Below, one piece after another: positions 28,260 through 38,395 of a DNA stretch of 49,580 nt. The notes below the pieces were generated by a model. It had not been told where the DNA came from. It saw nothing but the letters and a program-made list of their open reading frames with translations, and did not search any database. Every line of letters begins with the position of its first letter. Within the stretch, counting starts at the first letter, position 1. The DNA is from a virus (taxonomy: Duplodnaviria > Caudoviricetes). The translations under genes were made by a program, and so were the position numbers. The stretch is from positions 1 to 49,580 of the IMG/VR virus record IMGVR_UViG_3300010366_000003. The stretch is one strand, 5' to 3'.

Positions 28260-29168
28260 TTGTCACTGGTCGTCGAGAAGTCCGGCCTTAGTCCGAACTT
28301 TCTGAATCCCCGCTTGTTTTACACGGGCACAGGGGACCAAATAAAGGCCCTGGGGACCGTAAACACGCCCAAATTAATGCTAGCAACGGCCACGTCCAGC
28401 GATGCAACGGTCGGCCAAGACAAGGTCTACTTTAGAAAAGTTGACAACACGCTCCAAGTCCTTAATCTCGTTAAGCATTATCACGATGTCGATAGCGACG
28501 ACGCTGGCGGCCTACTGCAAGAATCCCTCTACCGTAACCTAGCGCAGACGATAAATATCCAGCAATGGGGCGCCATGCTTTTAGCTTCTCACATTAACCT
28601 AGTGGGCACAAACGCAGCCGTAACAAGTGACTTTGACAACGCTACCATAGCCGGCGGCCATATTGATATCCACTCCGGCGAATTCGCGAATAATGTTGCT
28701 AACATCAGGACCGGCGGCGTCTCCCATGATTGGTCAAAAAAGAGCAAAATGAATATTGTTTGTTCGGTCGCCGGCAGCGTCAACGTCGTTTGTCGCGCTG
28801 GCATCAACGCCGAGCCCATGACCCAGGTAAATGACGTAGCAAAGAAAGCAGGCATGGAATTTTGCGATAGCACGGGCACAAATTGGAACATCTTTAGTTC
28901 TAACGGCGTCCGTTCGCTGTTATCTACAACCTTCCCGGGAGCCACAACACAGCAGGGCTATCAGATCGCTCACACGCCGGCAACCAATACGAGATTGCAG
29001 GTCGGAGCCTCAAGCTTTACGGTCAAGACGACGGACTGCCCCGGCACGGGGGCAGGAGACTCAGCCAGGACCATAGGCTGCGGCATCAAGACGTCCGACG
29101 CAACGACGAAAGATCTGTACGTGTGGGGCATGACGTTCGCAGCGAGTCCGATAGACCTGTACTACTAA
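28260..29168 (+). CDS. Minor tail / receptor-binding-like protein
   Basis: C-terminal beta domain similar to fibres A and B (G.EF...TNW.IFSS...TTDCP). Confidence 0.65.
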   Translation: MSLVVEKSGLSPNFLNPRLFYTGTGDQIKALGTVNTPKLMLATATSSDATVGQDKVYFRKVDNTLQVLNLVKHYHDVDSDDAGGLLQESLYRNLAQTINIQQWGAMLLASHINLVGTNAAVTSDFDNATIAGGHIDIHSGEFANNVANIRTGGVSHDWSKKSKMNIVCSVAGSVNVVCRAGINAEPMTQVNDVAKKAGMEFCDSTGTNWNIFSSNGVRSLLSTTFPGATTQQGYQIAHTPATNTRLQVGASSFTVKTTDCPGTGAGDSARTIGCGIKTSDATTKDLYVWGMTFAASPIDLYY

Positions 29169-29176
29169 TCCGGGGC

Positions 29177-29545
29177 ATGGTCGAGTACAAACGTCGCGCT
29201 GTTTTGTCTGCAACAAGGCGGGAGCTAGAACTCTACAGCCCACCCAAAGGCATAAACCTGCAATGCTGGGAATTCGACGATTACACTAAACAAGCTTTCA
29301 CGCAATGGGTCTGCAACTCCGAGACTCCCACAATTGCAGAGCGCAAAACGATGGAAGACATCGACCGAGAGCTAGCAACGCTCAAGGTGATCTGCGATCG
29401 AGTGAGAACGCAGCCCAATTATCTGGATAAGCAGCAGATGCGCTTTGAATGCAATCTTGACGATCTAAAGGGCGAACTCGACAAGCTGAGACGGACATCC
29501 AGCAACAGAACACAAACGGGCTACGGTGACATCAACATTGGTTGA
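29177..29545 (+). CDS. Hypothetical tail-region protein
   Basis: Probable ATG at 29177; stop overlaps the next start region. Confidence 0.6.
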   Translation: MVEYKRRAVLSATRRELELYSPPKGINLQCWEFDDYTKQAFTQWVCNSETPTIAERKTMEDIDRELATLKVICDRVRTQPNYLDKQQMRFECNLDDLKGELDKLRRTSSNRTQTGYGDINIG

Positions 29546-32500
29546 CACTAGTCTTTGGTACACGAACGTCGTCGCCCCATCGGCGGCCAGCTCAGTACCC
29601 ACTAACTGCAATGCGATAAGCGATACTATTCACATCGATAAGGATAACGGGGCCGTCCCCGGTCCGTCGGCGTCCTACTGCCTAATGTATTTCGATGCGT
29701 ACCTTGGCACAGGCCACGACGCAGCACTTCATCTAATTTCAGACCAGAGCGGAGCGAACTACTTTGAGGCAGAAGTCGACGGCGCCAGAAAGTTCCAATT
29801 CACCACTCCCGTCGTGGTCGGCCACAAGTACAAGCGCGAGCTGAAGATAAAGACCGGCCCCAAGTGTCACTTCGTCCTCCAAGACCTAACGGCGACCTCG
29901 GTCGAGACGCACGACGAAAACATTACCGCGAAGTTCATAACAGGAGCAGAGGACGGTGTAGCCTGGCATAACCTAGACGCTGCGACTCCCTTCCTAGCAA
30001 AGTACGCCTGCACGGTCACAGCCTATGGCGGCTCAACCAACGGCGGCACATCTTACACCGATTTCAAATCGCCCTTTACCATCTACAAGGACAGCGTTTT
30101 CGGCGGCTCCTATGATTCCTACCTCGGCCCATTCTCTATAAACGGCAATTCAGAAGGCACGGGACCAGCCGGCACCGGCATTTTTTACGATGTCGCAAAT
30201 GACACAACCGCTCCCGTCAAGCTGTACGCCGGTGCTCCCGTCGTGCGTTTCGGGGCCTATGGGCCAGGAGCCGGCCCGCTTGAGAACAAGACCATAAAGA
30301 CCGTCGTGGCCTACATGTCAAAGCTCGGCAGCCCGACCGGCACCATCTTTTGCAGGGCTCGCTATGACGACGACAGCATAGTACAGGGCTGCGAGGCAAG
30401 CATGGACGCCTCGACGCTAACTACTACGTCGCAGCCATACACCTTTGTATTCCCAGCTCCCGCCTTTAATTTTCCCGATGAGAACCTAGCGATATTAATC
30501 GAGTACGCGGGCACCGGCTCGAATAGCACAAACTGCGTCCAGGTAGACGAGGCGCAGACGGACAAATTCGCAGAGGCAGAGTCGGCCTATTACAGCGGGA
30601 CAGCTTACACCTTCAACAGTGCAAAGGATTTCTGCGGCCAGCTTTCCACCAGTCCCCCCGCTCCTGGGACCACGCCACCAGGGACCGGAGGCGGCAGCAC
30701 TGGCAGCACAGGAGGAGGAGGCGGTGGCAACGTCGCAGCCGGCGATCTGCGCTTTTTCTATAGCGGAGGCATCGGCAACACCGTCGGCGACTTTAGCCTA
30801 GGCGGCGGCCCAAGCGATCACGAGATAGGATCGTACGTCCTCGACAATCTTTTCGATAACGTCACCGACGGCGAAGCAAAGGACGGCACGGCAGGCGAGT
30901 ACAGGCTGATATACATGCGCAACATCAATCAACAGACGCAGCTCCATACGATAACGCTGTGGTCCCCCACTGGCGGATCCGTCAGCCCTGACACTTTCTT
31001 TTATTTTGGCCTGGCGGTTGCCCCCGTAAACGGCGTCGAGGGGGCGATACCCTTGTCGACCGCCGCCCCTCCAGGCGTGAACTTCGCAGAATATCCCGAT
31101 ATGACAAAGCCGCTAGCCGTCCCGGACCTGCCAGCAGGCGGCTTTCAAGGGCTGTGGGTCTGGCGAAAGGTCAAAGCTAACGCGAGGACATTCAGCCGCG
31201 ACCAGGCCATACTCGAGGCCGATTACTATCAACCCCCTCCCCCTGCTACGACGGGGGGCGGCGGCGGTACTACCCCCGTATGCCCTGACGGCTATACGTA
31301 CGATCCGCCTACCGGTATGTGCGTCCGCGGCTCGGGTGGTACTGGTACGTCAGCTCTAAAGACAGGCCACGGCGTTAACCTGCTGTACTCCACGCTAGGC
31401 GGCGACCGCTACTTTGAGCTAATGAACAAAAGCCAACCCAATATCAGCCAGGTCGATTTCCAATCTACGCTAAGCGAGGTCAGCGGCACAAAGCCAAATG
31501 TCTCGTTCAAAGTCAGCTCTCAGGACCAGGTCAGAGTCGAAGTCGGCACAGTCGACACGCCTGGCGGTTTCAACGATCAAAGCGGAGCGCACGCCCTTGC
31601 TTGCCTCGATACAGCCTTCCTAGCTAAGCAGGGCTACATGGCAACGCCCAAGGACTGGCGAAACTTCGAGGCACAATGGTATCTCCTTGTCCATAGTTAC
31701 AGCGGCTCAACCTCAAGCGGAGAGGCTCATATGGAACTTGAGGGCCGTTGCGCATTCAACAGCACCGACTCAACTGCGATAGGTGACGGGACCTCCTGCA
31801 AGAAATTAGGCCGCTGGTGCGAAAGTACCAAATATAATACAAATGCATATTTCACAGGCCGCGTAAAATTCGAAAAATGCTTGCAACACACCAACGGGTA
31901 CAGCAGCCACAACCCCGAAAAGACCGGCGCCTTATCGCCTGCAAACTGGAAAGGCGTCTGGACTGGCTTCAAATGCGTGTATTACAATATCCCCGGCTCT
32001 ACAAACGTACGAGGCACGGGCCCCCAGGTCAAGGTCGAGATGTATGCAGACCAGGGCGACAACAGCACCGCACCGTCTAACCAATGGAAAAAAGTAATTG
32101 AGGCCATTGATGACGGGAGCGGCAACGTATTCTCAGGACCGCGCGGCTCTTACGTCTGTGGGTCTGACCACCTGATACCCGTTTCGTGGGGCGGGCCCCT
32201 TGCGATCTTTAGGTGGGATCATTTGGACGCGGAGTTCCGCTGGCTATCAATTTACGAACTCGACCCGGCGGTCAAGCCCGCAGGGAGTGGCGGCACAGGC
32301 CCCGACGTCGTCCCTCCGATATCAGGGGGCGGGACAAGCGGAACGACCTCACCCCCCTCTACGACCCCCGTCGGTTCAGCTCGTCTCGATTACATAACGA
32401 TAGCGCAGGCGCCGCCGGCTAGTTCGGCTGTCACGCCTATGGACGTCGTCACGGTCCAAATGAGCGCCCAAATAGTGCAGACACTCACCAATCCAGAGAA

Positions 32501-35252
32501 TCCCGACAACATTGGCCTGCAGATCATAAGCGGGAACGCGAGTTACGGCCTTGCGGGCTACTGCTCTATCGCCTCACCCTGGGTAAAGGGCGTCTACGGC
32601 AATAGCCCTAACAACGAAATGCTCTCGGCGTACTGGGACGACGCAAATGGTGCATGCGTTACCCCTGGCGCTAACTCAACCATCGGCTCAAAGAAGGGCA
32701 GCAAGAACATAGTGCACGACTCATTTGGCCCCAAGATGACAGACGGGCCGAACATTTACCTGATCTTCTGGGGCTCTGTGTGGAGCTCGCAAACGTCGCC
32801 CTTCTCCATGAACGACGTCATAACGAGAGTGCGCGACTACCTGCTTAACCGCGACCTGGTCTATTGGAGCAAGCTATCGCAATACGGTATCAATACGCTG
32901 CCGAAATGGGGCAAAAGCTGCATAAACACGACGACGCCAGTGCCTTCAAACGCGCAAGTATCAGACTCCAATATAAGGACAGCGATACACGACAGCATAC
33001 AGCGCGGCCAGGTAGATAGTCCGGTCCTAGTTTCAAACGGCGCTATCTACATACTCATAACCCCGGGGACAGTCACCCAAGTAACAGACTCACAGGGTAA
33101 TGTCGGAGCGTCAAACTTTGGGTATTACCAGTATGACTCTAGCAGCTCGACGCCCGGCCAGCATAACCCATCGGGCGGCTCCACGACCTTATTCCAGATA
33201 TTCGCGGCCGGACCAAATAACACGCCCAGGCAGCTATATAGCGGCGCTACAACGCGTTTCGGCTGGGTGGTTAACGCCGGCTCCGTCATGCTAAACGAGG
33301 ACCCGTTAACCTTGGTAGGCTTCTACCTGGCAAAGGGCGGCGCCCCAACGGGCACCGTATCATATACGATAAGGGACTCTGCCGATAATCTCAAGTTCAC
33401 GATGGGAACGCTCGACGCAGCAAACGACATCGTCTCAACGACGACGCCCGAGCTGCACCTGCTTCGCAACGAACTAAACACGTACCAGCTCCAAGTCGGC
33501 GACAAAATTCTTTGCGAATACAACAGCGGCTCCTCAAGTAATTACGTCAAAGTTGACGAGATGCCAAGCAACGGCTTCTTTGACGGCGCGCTCACGCCCT
33601 CCGACGCTTACTCTGGCACTACGTACACACAGACGACAACCAAATGTCCCGCGGGTCAGCTCTGGAGTGGCTATGTCATTACCTCGAATCCCCCAGAGGG
33701 GGCAGCCATTAGCAGCGTGGCAGCGCCCACGCCAGGACCGCCCGACACGATAATCTACGACCTGGGCTCGAACAACACGCCCAACAACATGTATAGCGGG
33801 AGTTATGTCAGATGCGGCCAAAAGATAGTGACCAGCAGCAGCATACTATACGGCAAGAAGATTACCCAGGTCGGCTTCTACATCAAAAGGAATAACAGCC
33901 CAACGGGCACCGGCTACGCCAGACTAAGAAAGGGCAGCGACGACAGCATAGCTTGCGAGTTCGGTAGCATCGACGTCTCTACACTGACGGGCTCAATGGC
34001 GCTCTACCTCTTCACGAACATAACCAATACCTATGTCACGACGACCGGCGACCGCATATTATTCGAGTACGGCGGCGGTGACTCAACGAATAGACCAGCG
34101 CTAGACAATTTCAACAGCTCGACGTACGACGGGACGAATTCGCAAGCATGCAGGTACATCAGCTCGTACGACGACAGTCACACCGACCAGGACACGAGCG
34201 CAAGGGTCTGGATCTCCAGCACGACCGTAGGCGGCAGCTCTGGAGCGGCCCAACCGGACACGGTCGTCTATCAGCAGGCCTTGCAGAACTCGACAATCTC
34301 CCTGGATAGCGCAGCTTACACACGATACGGCGAGCTGCTAAACTCTTCGTCATCCGTACTAATCGGCGCGGTACTCACGCAGATAGATGTCTTCCTCAAA
34401 AAAACAGGATCTCCGACGGGCAATATGTCGCTGCTCATACGGGACAACACCGACGCAATAAAGGCGACCTTCACAACCACGTTCGACGTCTCAACGCTAA
34501 CGACGACCCTAACGAGCTATTCCTTCCAGCTGCTAACAAACACGTACGCCCTCCAGAACGGGGATCGCATATTGCTAGAGTACTCCGGAGGGGACGCGAG
34601 CAACAACGTGCAGATCGACCGCGGCACGGGCGGCAGCGGGCCAGACTCGACAAACACCTGCTCAGTCAACTACTCTGGCACAAGCTACGGCATACCCGGA
34701 AGCGCAGCAAACGACCTAAGCGGCACCTTCTGGACTACAGGCGTGGGCGCTGGCGCTCCCCCTGCACAACCCGCGCCGTTTACGACAGTCTACGACGTTT
34801 CGCCAAGCAACGTTAACCACCTAAGCTTTAACTCAAGCCAGAGAAGGCAGGGCCAGTACGTCGACACCGGCAGCTCGCTAATTGGCAAGGTAATAACTCG
34901 CCTCACCCTTTACGTCGATCGCTGGTCCGGTGGCTCGGGCACATTGACGGGCGCCATCTATAAGCCGGACGGAACCCTTGCGGTAACAATGGGAACCGTA
35001 AACGTCACATCGTTACCATCAAACGATAACGACCAGGGGGTGCAGTTCACCAATACGGCAAACACGTACGCCCTAGAAAAGGGCAGCTTTGTCTCAATAG
35101 AGCATAGCCTTGCCAATAGCACAATAGACGGCGTGAGAAACGGCTCCGATACCATATCGAAGTCTTACGTCAAATGGAACAACGGTTCAGGCAGCTGGGG
35201 CCAGGCAACGAATAACGATTATGCCGGCACAATGGAGACCGGAGGCGTCTAG
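29526..35252 (+). CDS. Giant multidomain adhesin / tail protein (1908 aa)
   Basis: Five ~150-aa beta repeats (LY.G...R.G...T.V.FY..K.GSPTG), one carbohydrate-binding jelly-roll-like domain, one permuted Phi-1-like domain, G/P/T linkers. Confidence 0.85.
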   Translation: MTSTLVDTSLWYTNVVAPSAASSVPTNCNAISDTIHIDKDNGAVPGPSASYCLMYFDAYLGTGHDAALHLISDQSGANYFEAEVDGARKFQFTTPVVVGHKYKRELKIKTGPKCHFVLQDLTATSVETHDENITAKFITGAEDGVAWHNLDAATPFLAKYACTVTAYGGSTNGGTSYTDFKSPFTIYKDSVFGGSYDSYLGPFSINGNSEGTGPAGTGIFYDVANDTTAPVKLYAGAPVVRFGAYGPGAGPLENKTIKTVVAYMSKLGSPTGTIFCRARYDDDSIVQGCEASMDASTLTTTSQPYTFVFPAPAFNFPDENLAILIEYAGTGSNSTNCVQVDEAQTDKFAEAESAYYSGTAYTFNSAKDFCGQLSTSPPAPGTTPPGTGGGSTGSTGGGGGGNVAAGDLRFFYSGGIGNTVGDFSLGGGPSDHEIGSYVLDNLFDNVTDGEAKDGTAGEYRLIYMRNINQQTQLHTITLWSPTGGSVSPDTFFYFGLAVAPVNGVEGAIPLSTAAPPGVNFAEYPDMTKPLAVPDLPAGGFQGLWVWRKVKANARTFSRDQAILEADYYQPPPPATTGGGGGTTPVCPDGYTYDPPTGMCVRGSGGTGTSALKTGHGVNLLYSTLGGDRYFELMNKSQPNISQVDFQSTLSEVSGTKPNVSFKVSSQDQVRVEVGTVDTPGGFNDQSGAHALACLDTAFLAKQGYMATPKDWRNFEAQWYLLVHSYSGSTSSGEAHMELEGRCAFNSTDSTAIGDGTSCKKLGRWCESTKYNTNAYFTGRVKFEKCLQHTNGYSSHNPEKTGALSPANWKGVWTGFKCVYYNIPGSTNVRGTGPQVKVEMYADQGDNSTAPSNQWKKVIEAIDDGSGNVFSGPRGSYVCGSDHLIPVSWGGPLAIFRWDHLDAEFRWLSIYELDPAVKPAGSGGTGPDVVPPISGGGTSGTTSPPSTTPVGSARLDYITIAQAPPASSAVTPMDVVTVQMSAQIVQTLTNPENPDNIGLQIISGNASYGLAGYCSIASPWVKGVYGNSPNNEMLSAYWDDANGACVTPGANSTIGSKKGSKNIVHDSFGPKMTDGPNIYLIFWGSVWSSQTSPFSMNDVITRVRDYLLNRDLVYWSKLSQYGINTLPKWGKSCINTTTPVPSNAQVSDSNIRTAIHDSIQRGQVDSPVLVSNGAIYILITPGTVTQVTDSQGNVGASNFGYYQYDSSSSTPGQHNPSGGSTTLFQIFAAGPNNTPRQLYSGATTRFGWVVNAGSVMLNEDPLTLVGFYLAKGGAPTGTVSYTIRDSADNLKFTMGTLDAANDIVSTTTPELHLLRNELNTYQLQVGDKILCEYNSGSSSNYVKVDEMPSNGFFDGALTPSDAYSGTTYTQTTTKCPAGQLWSGYVITSNPPEGAAISSVAAPTPGPPDTIIYDLGSNNTPNNMYSGSYVRCGQKIVTSSSILYGKKITQVGFYIKRNNSPTGTGYARLRKGSDDSIACEFGSIDVSTLTGSMALYLFTNITNTYVTTTGDRILFEYGGGDSTNRPALDNFNSSTYDGTNSQACRYISSYDDSHTDQDTSARVWISSTTVGGSSGAAQPDTVVYQQALQNSTISLDSAAYTRYGELLNSSSSVLIGAVLTQIDVFLKKTGSPTGNMSLLIRDNTDAIKATFTTTFDVSTLTTTLTSYSFQLLTNTYALQNGDRILLEYSGGDASNNVQIDRGTGGSGPDSTNTCSVNYSGTSYGIPGSAANDLSGTFWTTGVGAGAPPAQPAPFTTVYDVSPSNVNHLSFNSSQRRQGQYVDTGSSLIGKVITRLTLYVDRWSGGSGTLTGAIYKPDGTLAVTMGTVNVTSLPSNDNDQGVQFTNTANTYALEKGSFVSIEHSLANSTIDGVRNGSDTISKSYVKWNNGSGSWGQATNNDYAGTMETGGV

Positions 35253-35254
35253 AG

Positions 35255-35380
35255 ATGAGAGAATGCCCTCGCTGCCATAGGCGATTTAATCGTCCAGGGA
35301 CACGCGGAGACAAGCCGATCATGGTCTTGGACTGCTGGAGCTGCGGCCAGAGAATCGATCCGTCCGAATGGCAGACGTAG
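35255..35380 (+). CDS. Zn-ribbon microprotein (41 aa)
   Basis: MRECPRCHRRFNRPGTRGDKPIMVLDCWSCGQRIDPSEWQT*. Confidence 0.65.
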   Translation: MRECPRCHRRFNRPGTRGDKPIMVLDCWSCGQRIDPSEWQT

Positions 35381-35508
35381 AGTTCTTCTGCTGCAGCTGC
35401 GGCAAAATTACTACGCTGGACACGAGTACGCACAGGGGCAGCAAGCGGTATGATAATTGGATGTGCTATAGCTGCAATGAGAACGTCATCAAGGCTATGG
35501 GTATGTAA
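35368..35508 (+). CDS. Zn-ribbon microprotein (46 aa)
   Basis: MADVEFFCCSCGKITTLDTSTHRGSKRYDNWMCYSCNENVIKAMGM*. Confidence 0.65.
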   Translation: MADVEFFCCSCGKITTLDTSTHRGSKRYDNWMCYSCNENVIKAMGM

Positions 35509-38347
35509 ACGACCAGTGCGCCGCAGTATTCGGGGCAGTAGTCTCATATCGTCCAGGCTTCAGGATAACGCAGTACCATGCTTGCCACCCCAAACTGTCC
35601 GGCTTTGGCACGAGTCCGTTAGATATGCAGGTCTTCACAAAGCTCCCTATCGAACTGAATTGAATGCCGTTGGCCGGTAGCGACTGCACAGCATCGACAA
35701 CAGAAGCGCCCCATGTCGGCGCGTTAACGCTCGAGTACTGCGTCAATTTCGAGAAATAATTGGCGTACGTACCAAGCAAGAGATCCTTGACCTTATGATC
35801 GATCATACTCCTAAGATTTGCCAGCGCGCTATCGGAGTTCCAAGTCGCGCCCCAATAGATTAGGTACACCTTGCAATTCTGGATCACGGGCCCCCCGCCA
35901 TCCGTAAACCTGTGCGTCGAGCCGCCCGTCTGCTGCACTAATCCGGGAATGCTGCAACCGCCGTCCTGATTGCTATAGTAACCCTCAGCAGGCAGGTCGT
36001 CCGGAGCACTGCCATAAGTGGACACAACACCGGCGATCACGCATCCGTCCCCTAGTTCGTCGAGATTCGCCTGTACGCTCGTGTCGACCCACGCCGGTTT
36101 TGACCCTGGATCGGCGTCCGTGCACGATTCGATAAGTTCGTGAGTAAGATACTTGGCATAGATGCCCGCTGAGGCCGCCGACGTATCCGCCTGTCCGCTT
36201 ACCCACGCGACCGGTATCTTGTTTAACATCGCCCTAGTCGATGGCGGCGGATTCACCACTCCTCCCGGCGTACCAGCACCGGCGTCCCACGTACCAGGCG
36301 TAGCAGTCGGATCAATTTCTCGATCGCTGAAAAAACAAAAGTCGCAAGAATCCCATCCGTCCACGCGTATCAAATCCTTCTGGCACTTCCAAGTACAGGG
36401 GATGTTGTTGTAGCCGCTTACGCCGTGGTCGTTGTATGTCGCGCCCAGATACCAGTTATTCTTAGGCTTGCCAGTTGTCGCGTCAAAAGGATCATCGTCA
36501 AACCACGCCTCAATGACGGAGCTCTTCATATCTGCGGCCACCTTGCGCACAGTCTTCATTCCGTACCAGTGGTCGACCTGAGCCACGGGCGGCCAGCTCG
36601 CGCTTACCTTCGTAGGCGTGACGTTCACGTACGGGAAATGAGCGTAATTGTAGTTAACTTGCACGTCTGAATGTGAAACCGTCGGCCGTACCATCTCGAT
36701 AACCGACCTTATGCTGTCCTCGTCGCGACCAGCAAGCTTGTGAGCCCAGGCATGATGAATATTTGATCCAAGGTCCTGACGCCCACGGACAAACGTCGTA
36801 AACTCCCCGTTTCGGATGCCCTTCTCGGTGTAGAGATAGCCGGGGTTCGACTTCCAAGAATAGTTTGTCTTATCGGCCCACTTTCCACCGTCAGGGTAGC
36901 AGTCCAATCTTTGCGATCTGCCTGAAGGAGCTCCGCTGGCATACGTGACTTTCTCGCCTCGCGTATTCCAATACTTTAGCCCCGTCGAGTCACTGCCCGG
37001 ATTAATCGGATAGTGTGATCCTGTCCCGTACGAGACGTTGAAACGCCCATCGGAGTACGGATTTGCCATATCCATGTACCACTGCGTGCCCGAAGGATTA
37101 TCGGGATAGAGCTTCTGCACTCCAAAACTATCGTAGACCTTGCCCGTACCAGTAGGCACAGAGCCGCCTCCGCCAGGCGTCCCAGTCCCATCGACGCCGC
37201 TTCCGACGTCGTCCGGCACGCATTCTTTCATAACCGGATCATAATGAAATCCGCTGTCACAGTTCGGGATATCGGGGCCCTGACCGCCTACAGGGGCCCC
37301 GGGCCCAGGACCACCGAAGCATTTGTCGATAACATCATAGGCATCGTTCCACACGACGCCAAGCCTCGTCCACTTGACACCGACGTCGTTATTGGGCGCC
37401 GGGTACAGATTATAGACCAAAACTTCGGGCGGAATAACAGGCGGATTCGTCCCGGAATCCACGACGGCCGCTATGTCTATCTCACGGACCGATAGCCATT
37501 TCAGTTGCACGGACGAAACGTTATCCATCCGCAGAGTGACAAGAGGACCGCCCCACCGCAGTATCTCGTAGATATTCTGAGCGTGGCAATTCGTTACGTC
37601 GCCCGTATGCCCCATAGTGTTAGCCCCGCGGTCATAAATTTCGAAGTACTTTGTCCAGTTGTTTGTCGCCACAGGCGGCTCCGATCCGCTACCGACCCAG
37701 TCGTAATAGCACTCTAGCTTTACGTCCGCAGTCTCCGGCGTAAATGACGTCTGCCCGACCTTGGGGACATCGTAACACAGCACCTTCATACCGATCCATC
37801 GGTTAAGCAGGTTCGTCGTCGGCCTGGGATTGAAGAACTTGAAGTTCTTCTCGGGGTTTATGTAATAGTTCGAAGGGTACGCGTAATATTTCGTAGCGTG
37901 CCATCCGCCATCATACTCGATTCCGCTTCGATAGCCGCACCCAGAGCAGCCAAAATCGGCCGTATGCTTGACGCCGCCCCTGAAATACACAGAGGCATAG
38001 TCCTCGTCAAGATTAACCGACTTGAGATAGCCCTGGATCTTGAAGTAGACCGTAAACTCGACGTTACGGAAGTCCGCCGCGCTAGCCATAAAGCCCTGAC
38101 TCTGGGCCAGCGAATGGTCCGGCGTCGCTACGGTCATTATGTTATCGCCAGGCGGGAAGACATGAAAGCGAAAGCTAGGCGGACTCAGGCCCATGTTAGG
38201 CTTGCAGTTCCAGAGCGTGACAGTCGGGTCAACTGACCCATTAATGTTGATAGACGGGTCCCCGACATTCGTAACGTCCATGTAAAACGACGACCCTGCC
38301 GTCTTATCCTCGAATAGTTTTCTGATCCCAAAAGCGTCCTGGCCCAT
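35495..38347 (-). CDS. 950-aa protein with two carbohydrate-binding/lyase-like domains and a permuted Phi-1-like domain
   Basis: Two D.FG..KL...G..(F/W)YMD...W.GMK...NNW...S.REID domains; THELIE.CTD followed by GGPV...VYLIYWG. Confidence 0.85.
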   Translation of the reverse strand: MGQDAFGIRKLFEDKTAGSSFYMDVTNVGDPSININGSVDPTVTLWNCKPNMGLSPPSFRFHVFPPGDNIMTVATPDHSLAQSQGFMASAADFRNVEFTVYFKIQGYLKSVNLDEDYASVYFRGGVKHTADFGCSGCGYRSGIEYDGGWHATKYYAYPSNYYINPEKNFKFFNPRPTTNLLNRWIGMKVLCYDVPKVGQTSFTPETADVKLECYYDWVGSGSEPPVATNNWTKYFEIYDRGANTMGHTGDVTNCHAQNIYEILRWGGPLVTLRMDNVSSVQLKWLSVREIDIAAVVDSGTNPPVIPPEVLVYNLYPAPNNDVGVKWTRLGVVWNDAYDVIDKCFGGPGPGAPVGGQGPDIPNCDSGFHYDPVMKECVPDDVGSGVDGTGTPGGGGSVPTGTGKVYDSFGVQKLYPDNPSGTQWYMDMANPYSDGRFNVSYGTGSHYPINPGSDSTGLKYWNTRGEKVTYASGAPSGRSQRLDCYPDGGKWADKTNYSWKSNPGYLYTEKGIRNGEFTTFVRGRQDLGSNIHHAWAHKLAGRDEDSIRSVIEMVRPTVSHSDVQVNYNYAHFPYVNVTPTKVSASWPPVAQVDHWYGMKTVRKVAADMKSSVIEAWFDDDPFDATTGKPKNNWYLGATYNDHGVSGYNNIPCTWKCQKDLIRVDGWDSCDFCFFSDREIDPTATPGTWDAGAGTPGGVVNPPPSTRAMLNKIPVAWVSGQADTSAASAGIYAKYLTHELIESCTDADPGSKPAWVDTSVQANLDELGDGCVIAGVVSTYGSAPDDLPAEGYYSNQDGGCSIPGLVQQTGGSTHRFTDGGGPVIQNCKVYLIYWGATWNSDSALANLRSMIDHKVKDLLLGTYANYFSKLTQYSSVNAPTWGASVVDAVQSLPANGIQFSSIGSFVKTCISNGLVPKPDSLGWQAWYCVILKPGRYETTAPNTAAHWSFTYP

Positions 38348-38364
38348 GCTAATGATGCTGGAAG

Positions 38365-38372
38365 TTTTTAAG
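38365..38372. promoter_or_regulatory. Probable bidirectional archaeal TATA box
   Basis: TTTTTAAG in a 48-bp gap between divergent starts at 38347 (-) and 38396 (+). Confidence 0.55.
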
Positions 38373-38395
38373 AAAGCGTCAAGATAAGAGGCACA

